Origin: an uncultured Oscillospiraceae bacterium
GTDB lineage: Bacteria > Bacillota > Clostridia > Oscillospirales > Ruminococcaceae
Reading direction: 5' to 3'
DNA: 64,000 nucleotides
NCBI GenBank assembly: GCA_904396495.1
Contig: CAJFOJ010000034.1
Location: 113-64,112, forward strand
Part shown: one piece after another, positions 19,098 to 26,367 of the stretch
Layout: every line of letters starts with the position of its first letter
Position numbering within the stretch: the first letter of the stretch is position 1
The notes under the pieces: model-generated
Seen by the model: the letters and a program-made list of their open reading frames with translations, nothing else
What the model was told of the DNA's origin: nothing
Database searches by the model: none
Translations under genes and position numbers: made by a program

Positions 19098-19973
19098 ATG
19101 GTGATACATGTAGTAAAGCAAGGCGATAGCGTCTACTCGGTGGCACAGGAATACGGAGTCTCACCGGACCGCCTGCTCATTGACAACGGGCTGAACGACG
19201 CGTCGGAACTAGTCGTCGGTCAGACTCTGGTAATCCTTTACCCAGCCCAGATACATACCGTCAGGGCGGGGGAGACCCTCCGTTCCATCGCATTGCAATA
19301 CGGCTCTACTGTGACGCAGATTTACCGCAACAACCCCCAACTCCAGGCGCTGCCATCACTGATGGAGGGGGAGGAACTGGTGATTTCCTTCCAGCAGCAG
19401 AAAGAGGGTGTTATGTCGGTTAACGGTTACGCCTATGCTTTTATCGATCGAGACCTCTATCGGGAAACACTGCCGTACTTAAGCTATGTGACCCCTTTTA
19501 CCTACGGGTTTACCTCATTAGGGGAATTGGTGGATCTGGACGATGAATTTATGATTGCAGAGGCCCGGGATTACGGCGTGGCCCCGCTGATGCATCTTTC
19601 CACCCTGACGGAAGAAGGGGGATTCAGCAACGAGCTTGCCCATGTGGTTCTCAACGACATGCAGGTACAGGCAAGGCTTATCAACAACATCATCTCCGCC
19701 ATGCGGAGGAAAAACTATTACGGCTTAGACGTGGACTTCGAGTATGTCTTTCCGGAAGATCGGGACGCCTATACTGCCTTTGTGCGGAACCTGCGCAATC
19801 GCTTAAACCCCCTGGGCTATGAGGTGACGGTGGCCCTGGCTCCCAAGACCTCCGCCAACCAACAGGGGCTCCTCTATCAAGGACATGACTTTCGCGGCCT
19901 AGGGCAGGCGGCTAATTGGGTGCTTTTGATGACCTATGAATGGGGGTACACCTACGGCCCTCTTAATGTATAA
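19098..19973 (+). CDS. 5' segment of a split 2xLysM-GH18 (YaaH/SleL-type spore peptidoglycan hydrolase) gene; reading frame runs 13 nt into the inserted element
   Basis: Two LysM repeats (VKQGDSVYSVAQEYGV..., VRAGETLRSIALQYGS...). GH18 catalytic stretch GLDVDFEY. Host sequence ends at YEWGYTYGP (19960). Confidence 0.8.
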   Translation: MVIHVVKQGDSVYSVAQEYGVSPDRLLIDNGLNDASELVVGQTLVILYPAQIHTVRAGETLRSIALQYGSTVTQIYRNNPQLQALPSLMEGEELVISFQQQKEGVMSVNGYAYAFIDRDLYRETLPYLSYVTPFTYGFTSLGELVDLDDEFMIAEARDYGVAPLMHLSTLTEEGGFSNELAHVVLNDMQVQARLINNIISAMRRKNYYGLDVDFEYVFPEDRDAYTAFVRNLRNRLNPLGYEVTVALAPKTSANQQGLLYQGHDFRGLGQAANWVLLMTYEWGYTYGPLNV

Positions 19974-19976
19974 TAT
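19959..19976 (+). repeat. attL core (CC) plus element-side arm TCTTAATGTATAATAT
   Basis: 14 of 16 positions match the reverse complement of the right-end arm at 36318-36333. Confidence 0.65.
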
Positions 19977-20182
19977 ATCGACATACCGAAAGAACCCCTA
20001 TAAATGGCCTTATTATGGGATTTGTCGTAAATTAGCAAATGAATATTTTTAGAATTTATATAAAATAAAAGTATTTATTTTCTAATTTATTCATAAACAG
20101 GGGGCTTTTTAGTCCAATTTTTATTGATAAAATAATACAAAAAATTAATTGATAGAATATTTGATATAGTATATAAAATAAT

Positions 20183-20218
20183 AAATCCGAGAGATATTTC
20201 TTTCGGATTTTTTTATTT
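20183..20218 (+). terminator. Strong hairpin terminator just inside the left end (insulates cargo from host read-through)
   Basis: AAATCCGAGAGA/TCTTTCGGATTT stem (20183-20210) followed by TTTTATTTT. Confidence 0.55.
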
Positions 20219-20585
20219 TATATTAACAACCACTGACTATATCGGTGGAATGAAAAACTTTAGCGATAGAAAAGATAAGCTTGTCTTGGAACGGACGTTA
20301 CATGAATACAACTTTGAGTTTTTTGCGAATACAATGATTTTTATGAAGCCTAAAGAAAAAAATGACTGTTTAACTGATATTTATTTGGTATACGGCTATC
20401 GGTATTGACATACTCATGTGTATATAATTTTTGAAAAATTTTTTACAATGCATAACTTACAAAAAACAATGCATAAAAGATAAAAATGTAAAATAAAAAC
20501 TATTGAATATATATAAAAAATACATTAATATATAAGCATAATATATTAAGTTTATATCAATTGATGTTTTGAGAAAGGTAATTGT

Positions 20586-21632
20586 ATGAAAAACATATTA
20601 CCAGTTGAATATCCGATTGTCACTGGATATCCTGTAATTGCCAATGCGCTTTCTGTTTTACAGACTCGAAAAGAAACAATGAACTGGATTTTATTAAATC
20701 TAATAGTTCCAATTGTGCTGTATGATGCGGAAAATAACAAAGTGCTTTTAGATTTAGGCGGCGATCATACCCCATGGAATACGAGGTATCTGTATGATGA
20801 TTGCCCATTTTTAACTATTTATCGATATGATAGAACTTGGCTTTATGAACAAAATTTTGATATCATCGATTTTGTCAGGTGGAATATTGATCGGCAACAA
20901 TATTTATATACAGATGTTTGCCGGCGATATATATCTGAATATCAGTGTAATGAGTTAGATAAAATGCATGATTTATTTGTATATGGATATGACGACGAGG
21001 AGAAATCTTTTCATATTGCTGATTTTTTTTACGGGCAGAAATATCATCATGTTACAATTCCTTATAATAACTATAAAACCGCTTTTGATGCCGTAGAAAA
21101 GTATAATTTGCCCCATCGTATTGAGCAAACAACAGATATCGTTGTAATTGCGCACAGAGAACTATTCAATACGTGGTTATCGATTGATTATGAAAATCGA
21201 AATTTTGTTTTAGGAGCTCTAAAAGAGCGACTCTTAGAGTGCCTTGGAAAAACTAATACAAGTTATATGAGACTATGGGATAAAAAACTTGCTTATGGCA
21301 TTAATGGGTATACGTTATTAGAACGATATCTCGAAGATAAAAATTTTTATGACACACAGTTTTCTTACTATAATTGTATATGCGTTCAGTTTTTGCTTGA
21401 GCATAAACAGGTTCTTACCAAAATTTGCAACGACATATTAAAAAATGAGTCGCTTATCCAGGAAGGTGAGAATTTGGTCAAAAGCGCAACTATTTTTAAA
21501 AGGCTCATACTAAAGGCGATGGTAAAAAACAGTTGTACATATAATCAACGACAGAATATAGTGATACTTTTGCGTGAGATGAAAGCACGGGAAATATCCT
21601 TGCTCGAAAATATGCTTAGGGCTATTGGCTAA
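20586..21632 (+). CDS. Hypothetical protein, first gene of the AT-rich cargo cluster
   Basis: 348-aa ORF after GAGAAAGG. Only weak cue is HDLFVYGYDDEEKSFHIADFF, a His-containing strand pair reminiscent of papain-fold enzymes. No confident family. Confidence 0.5.
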   Translation: MKNILPVEYPIVTGYPVIANALSVLQTRKETMNWILLNLIVPIVLYDAENNKVLLDLGGDHTPWNTRYLYDDCPFLTIYRYDRTWLYEQNFDIIDFVRWNIDRQQYLYTDVCRRYISEYQCNELDKMHDLFVYGYDDEEKSFHIADFFYGQKYHHVTIPYNNYKTAFDAVEKYNLPHRIEQTTDIVVIAHRELFNTWLSIDYENRNFVLGALKERLLECLGKTNTSYMRLWDKKLAYGINGYTLLERYLEDKNFYDTQFSYYNCICVQFLLEHKQVLTKICNDILKNESLIQEGENLVKSATIFKRLILKAMVKNSCTYNQRQNIVILLREMKAREISLLENMLRAIG

Positions 21633-21912
21633 GAAGTCTGGATATTTTGCCTCAAAAAAAACCATGTTAAATGATCTTTTAGGTTATGCAACACAGTTGA
21701 GCCGCTTTAATTATTTATAATAAAACAGGAATCTGGTTTTAGAATTGCGGCATTTTTCCTTAGCTGTTTGTAGTAGATGGTGCTTTCTATTCATATAAGT
21801 TGTATATAAAATGATGGAGTGGAAAATTTTCTAGATATTTCATTATATATTTTATGAATACTAATTTTTCAATTATCCAAGTAAACTTTTATAATTGTTG
21901 AAGGAGAATCAT

Positions 21913-23580
21913 ATGAATCGATTTAGTGCTTTAAGATGGTGTCTGAGTCTGATGAGAAAAAATATTATAAAATTTATTTTATTAACTATTTTTTCTACTC
22001 TACTAGGAGTATGCGTGGTCTCTGTGTCAATCATTATGAAGTTATTTATGGATATTGCAACTGGTGCTAATACCATTCCTTTGTATATTGGAATTATTAT
22101 ATCCTGTGTTACGTTATTGATTTTAGGATTCTCACAAATTATGACATGCAAGTATCAAGGAAAACTTTTTAGCGACATAGAAATTGGAGTACGGAATACA
22201 ATTGTAAAAAAAATATATTCGGTTTATCTATTAACGTTCGACAGTAACCCATCCAATTTTTATTTTACTCGTCTGACAAAAGACACGGAAATTATCTCTA
22301 ACTTTTTTTCGAATACTTTAGTGAGTAACATTTTCTTTGAATGCTTTACTTTTCTGATTAGTCTAATACTGATGTTTGTATTGGAGTGGAGACTGACAAC
22401 GGTCTTAGCCATTATTGTTCCTATCCTAATTTTTATAATGATAAAAATATCTCCCAAACTTGAATTATATAATAAGTTGATTTTAACAGATGAGGAAGAA
22501 AACAGAAATGTTATTCAGGATTTTTTAAATCGATATCTTCTATTTAAATCTTATGGTATGCAGAAAAACACAAAGCAGAAAATAAATGATAGTTATGAGC
22601 ACAAGCGCAAAAATATTGACCATCTAAGTATTACAAAAGGCTTAATTGGATTTCTAAACAATTTTTTGGGCGTTGGAATGTTTATAATTGCATTATCCTT
22701 CGGAGCGTTTTTAGTGGCCAATGGAAAAACAACTGTAGGTACTTTGGTTGCAGTAGTAAATTTGGTCAGTTTTTATTATGGCCCATTTCTACACATTTCA
22801 GGATGGCTTTCCGATATAAACTCGGTAAAGGCTTCTGTCAACAGAATTGGAGAAATCTTGAGTATGCCTACTGAAAACGTTCCTGATGATAAAAAATATG
22901 AAAAATTGACTTCTACAAAAGAAGTTAATTTACAGGCAAATAATATTTACTTTTCTTACAATGAAAATAAATCGATTTTACACGGTCTCAACTTAATTGC
23001 ATCAAAAGGTGAAATTGTTGCGATTGTTGGAGAAAATGGAAGTGGGAAAAGTACCCTTCTAAAAATTTTAATGGGTTTTTATCAACCTAATCAGGGAAAC
23101 GTAAACATAGAAATTGACGGCAATAAATTTTCTGGGGTTAGTCTGCGAGATCACATCGTTTATGATCCAAGCGATATTTCCGTATTTGCAGGAACTGTTC
23201 AGGATAATATATGTATGAGTTCAGGTTATGACGCTGATCGATTTAATCAGGCAGTTAGCTGTGCAAATCTAGAAGAATTTATAAAAGAAAAAACGGTTCG
23301 GTACGCTATTGATTCTTCTGGTAACAATTTGTCTAGTGGACAAAAGAAAAGAATATCTTTAGCACGAGTGTTTTATAGCAATAGAGATGTCATTATTTTA
23401 GATGAACCAACGACAAATCTGGATGAGCAGTCAATTGAAGAGCTTTGGATTTCTTTAAAAAACATTAGTGCGAATAAAATCTGCCTGGTGGTGACGCATG
23501 ATCAGTCATTTGCATTGCGTTGCGACCGAGTATTAAAATTGTTAAATAAACAATTGGTTGAGGTGAAAAAAAATGCATGA
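21913..23580 (+). CDS. ABC exporter, fused permease + ATPase (no C39 peptidase domain)
   Basis: Six hydrophobic segments, then Walker A GENGSGKST, signature LSSGQKKR and Walker B ILDEPT. Start after GAAGGAGAA. Confidence 0.85.
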   Translation: MNRFSALRWCLSLMRKNIIKFILLTIFSTLLGVCVVSVSIIMKLFMDIATGANTIPLYIGIIISCVTLLILGFSQIMTCKYQGKLFSDIEIGVRNTIVKKIYSVYLLTFDSNPSNFYFTRLTKDTEIISNFFSNTLVSNIFFECFTFLISLILMFVLEWRLTTVLAIIVPILIFIMIKISPKLELYNKLILTDEEENRNVIQDFLNRYLLFKSYGMQKNTKQKINDSYEHKRKNIDHLSITKGLIGFLNNFLGVGMFIIALSFGAFLVANGKTTVGTLVAVVNLVSFYYGPFLHISGWLSDINSVKASVNRIGEILSMPTENVPDDKKYEKLTSTKEVNLQANNIYFSYNENKSILHGLNLIASKGEIVAIVGENGSGKSTLLKILMGFYQPNQGNVNIEIDGNKFSGVSLRDHIVYDPSDISVFAGTVQDNICMSSGYDADRFNQAVSCANLEEFIKEKTVRYAIDSSGNNLSSGQKKRISLARVFYSNRDVIILDEPTTNLDEQSIEELWISLKNISANKICLVVTHDQSFALRCDRVLKLLNKQLVEVKKNA

Positions 23581-24565
23581 TTTAGAATTTTATCATAATC
23601 ATCGCTATTATCCGTTTCCCAAAACAATGCAAATAGAGATTACTACTGCATGTCCTTTGCGATGTCCACAGTGCTTTATTGATAACTTTAATGCTATTTA
23701 TATTAGTTATAACGATTATGTCAATTTAATCGATGAAGCTTATCATTTAGGGGTAAAAGGAATCGTTCTGTTTGGAGGAGAACCATTACTACATAAAAAA
23801 ATCAACGAATTTATCAAGTATGCAGCCAATTTGGATATTACCGTATTTATCTATACAAGCGGATGGGATATAGAAAAAGTTATTCCTACGGTTAAACAAT
23901 ACCCTAGCAAAGTCGTTATTTTACTTTCTATGAATGGTTCAACTAAAGAAATACACGAGTTATCAAGGGACAATTTTACTCTTACCTTTAATGCAATGAA
24001 AATTTTAATGAATTATGGTGTAAAGTACGGAGTTAACTGGGTGTCCAGGCATGATAATATAGAAGACTTGGAATCGTTAATCCATTTAGCACAAGATTAC
24101 AAAGCCTCGTTTGTCAATATAGTCGGAAACAAAATATCGTCGTCGCATTCGGTGCAACAAGCATTGACAAAAGAAGATTATAGTAAGCTTTTACTAATTT
24201 TTAAAAAGTATAAAGGGTTTCTGACAATTGAAAACTGTAATTCCCAATTACAGAATCTGGCTGGAAAGGTCAGTATATTTTCAGGTTGCACAGCTGGTAT
24301 TCTCAATTGTTCGGTTACGGCAGATATGTACTTTGTTCCGTGCTTACGGTTAATTTATAAAGAAAAATATCCATCTATAAAAGACTATTGGGATAATTCA
24401 CCTATTTTAGCTAAACTGCGTGAACCGATTGTGGCTTCTAAGTATTGTAAAGGTTGTCAGTTTGAAAATAGCTGTAGATATTGCAGGGCACAGTCAAATG
24501 AGTCTTATGAAAATTTTCATGCTGGAATTAAAAATTGCGTAGTTAGGGGAATAGAATTATGTTAA
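23573..24565 (+). CDS. Radical SAM enzyme with C-terminal SPASM/twitch-like Cys-rich domain (maturase 1)
   Basis: CPLRCPQC (CX3CX2C) near the N-terminus. C-terminal Cys cluster: GCTAG...NCS...VPC...CKGCQFENSCRYC. 8-nt overlap with the ABC gene. Confidence 0.85.
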   Translation: MHDLEFYHNHRYYPFPKTMQIEITTACPLRCPQCFIDNFNAIYISYNDYVNLIDEAYHLGVKGIVLFGGEPLLHKKINEFIKYAANLDITVFIYTSGWDIEKVIPTVKQYPSKVVILLSMNGSTKEIHELSRDNFTLTFNAMKILMNYGVKYGVNWVSRHDNIEDLESLIHLAQDYKASFVNIVGNKISSSHSVQQALTKEDYSKLLLIFKKYKGFLTIENCNSQLQNLAGKVSIFSGCTAGILNCSVTADMYFVPCLRLIYKEKYPSIKDYWDNSPILAKLREPIVASKYCKGCQFENSCRYCRAQSNESYENFHAGIKNCVVRGIELC

Positions 24566-25866
24566 AGACATCAAAATGTAATATACTTGTAGATGATGGT
24601 ATAGATTTAACAGCTTATAATGTTTTAAGCGGGCAAGTATCCAGATTCACAGGACAAGCCCGTCTGGACGCGAAAGAAGCATTTGGTTTGCACTTTAATA
24701 ATTCTAAATGCAATGAGTTTTTGTCAGATAAAGGATATTTAATTCAGGAAGAGGTTGACGAAGACCAATATATTGAGACCATAAAGAAAAATTTATTTGA
24801 AAACCCGAATACATTATTTTTGACGATACTTCCTACCGAACAGTGTAATTTTAGGTGTAAGTATTGCCCTGAGGTTACAGAAGCCATCTACATGAATGAT
24901 CAGATGGAAGAACAAATAGTAGATTTTTTGGAGAAGGTTTTACCTCGCTATAAAAAATTAGTAATTGCTTGGTTTGGTGGTGAACCATTGCTAGCTGCGG
25001 GCTTTATTAAATCAATTTCGGCTAAAATAAAAAGAATTTGCAAGCGTAACAACGTGCTTTTCAGTGCCACTATTACCACCAATGGATATTTGCTTAATTC
25101 TAAAATGCTTCAAGAAATGTTGACGTGCAATATTGTTAATTTTTGTGTCACCCTTGATGGTGATTCCAATACTCACGATGCGCAAAGGCAGTTGAAAAAT
25201 GGGTTACCTACATGGAGACATATTGTTAATAATCTTATTGATATCCGTGATAATGTTTCATCGAGATTATTCAATATCATAATAAGGACGAATGTCACTA
25301 CGAAAGTATGTGATAATTATATCAATTATTTCAATTTTCTTAACAATAATTTTAATGCAGACCGCCGTTTTAGCTTCATGTGGAGAAAGGCAGAAGATTG
25401 GGGAAATATTGACCAAAATGATATGGCACTGATTGGTAGCCGTTCCGATTTTACAGAATTTCTTCAGAAAGTAAAAGATTTTGGATTACGTGATAGTCTG
25501 ACCGCTCGTTCTCTCAGACCTATAGATCGTATTTGTACTACTGCAACGAAAAATGCTTTGGTTATTTTTTCCGATGGGCGTATCAGTAAGTGTTCTAGAG
25601 ATGTCCACCCGGAAGTAACAACTCTAGGATATTTAGACGATTTATTATCCGATGCAGATTTCTTTCTTTCTAAATCTCTGGACTTAGTACATAAAACCAG
25701 TTGCCAAACGTGCCAAAGATATTATAATTGTTTAGGACTCGGCTGTCCTCTGGAAGCTGATGAGTGTAATTTGGATTCAAAATATATTATCAATATTCTT
25801 AAGAATATTCAGGATAATGATTTGGAAATAGGAAAAATAAAATCTTTTGGAGGTTGCTATGAATAA
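24559..25866 (+). CDS. Radical SAM/SPASM enzyme with about 90-aa N-terminal extension (possible peptide-recognition domain) (maturase 2)
   Basis: CNFRCKYC motif and GGEPLL. C-terminal CTTAT...KCS...CQTCQRYYNCLGLGCP...EC. 7-nt overlap upstream. Confidence 0.85.
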   Translation: MLKTSKCNILVDDGIDLTAYNVLSGQVSRFTGQARLDAKEAFGLHFNNSKCNEFLSDKGYLIQEEVDEDQYIETIKKNLFENPNTLFLTILPTEQCNFRCKYCPEVTEAIYMNDQMEEQIVDFLEKVLPRYKKLVIAWFGGEPLLAAGFIKSISAKIKRICKRNNVLFSATITTNGYLLNSKMLQEMLTCNIVNFCVTLDGDSNTHDAQRQLKNGLPTWRHIVNNLIDIRDNVSSRLFNIIIRTNVTTKVCDNYINYFNFLNNNFNADRRFSFMWRKAEDWGNIDQNDMALIGSRSDFTEFLQKVKDFGLRDSLTARSLRPIDRICTTATKNALVIFSDGRISKCSRDVHPEVTTLGYLDDLLSDADFFLSKSLDLVHKTSCQTCQRYYNCLGLGCPLEADECNLDSKYIINILKNIQDNDLEIGKIKSFGGCYE

Positions 25867-26125
25867 TATAAAAGAAGAGATTATACAAATATTGATCGAA
25901 TATAGTTTGATCGACCAAGAGTCTGACTTGTACACAGAAAAGTATTCCGATAGCATTGAAGAAATTGATTCTATTTCATACATATCAATATTGGCAAGCA
26001 TAGAAGACCATTTTGATATTAATTTACCTGATGAAGCACTAACAGGAAACGCTTTGAAAAATATTTCCCTCCTAGAACAATTAGTTAGAAACAATTTGCC
26101 AATCAAATTAAATTCCACTAACTAG
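25859..26125 (+). CDS. Acyl/peptidyl carrier protein-like small acidic protein
   Basis: 88 aa. EEIDSISYISILASIEDHF resembles the DSL/phosphopantetheine-Ser helix of carrier proteins. 8-nt overlap with rSAM 2. Confidence 0.6.
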   Translation: MNNIKEEIIQILIEYSLIDQESDLYTEKYSDSIEEIDSISYISILASIEDHFDINLPDEALTGNALKNISLLEQLVRNNLPIKLNSTN

Positions 26126-26211
26126 ACATTACATTTTCTAAAACTCCGTAATCCTGATTTTAAGCGCGTTTTAATGATCATGGATATTTGATAATGAAAG
26201 GAGGGACAATA

Positions 26212-26289
26212 ATGAAGTTGTTGAAAAAGAACAAAGTACAGCATAAAGCGGTACTGAATCAAGAGTTTGTTTGCTTTGGAGTTTGCTAA
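26212..26289 (+). CDS. Candidate RiPP precursor peptide, 25 aa: MKLLKKNKVQHKAVLNQEFVCFGVC
   Basis: Not in the ORF track (too short). SD AAAGGAGGG (26197-26205) lies 6 nt before the ATG. Basic leader, C-terminal CFGVC. Sits between the rSAM/ACP genes and the protease gene. Confidence 0.6.
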   Translation: MKLLKKNKVQHKAVLNQEFVCFGVC

Positions 26290-26322
26290 TATAATTTTTT
26301 TGATGAGGTAAATTGTTTTATC

Positions 26323-26349
26323 ATAAGGGCGGCACTAAGCTGCCCTTAT
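26323..26349 (+). terminator. Hairpin after the precursor sORF (attenuator-type partial terminator)
   Basis: 11-bp stem ATAAGGGCGGC/GCTGCCCTTAT with loop ACTAA and a weak U-tract. The next gene's RBS (AAGGAG) follows immediately. Confidence 0.45.
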
Positions 26350-26367
26350 AATTTTAAGGAGCATATC

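Noticed and set aside
20250-20408. 52-aa ORF (MKNFSDRKDKLVLERTLHEYNFEFF...) in the left-end non-coding region
   Set aside because: The GGTGGA abuts the ATG with no spacing. There is no family resemblance and no Cys-rich or precursor-like features. It cannot be supported as a gene.
20404-20427. TTGACA and TATAAT hexamers upstream of the 348-aa gene
   Set aside because: The spacer is only 12 nt, so this is not a functional sigma-A geometry. In such AT-rich DNA, chance hexamers are expected.
25777-26118. 113-aa minus-strand ORF
   Set aside because: It is antisense to the rSAM 2 end and the ACP-like gene. AT-rich DNA readily yields such frames.
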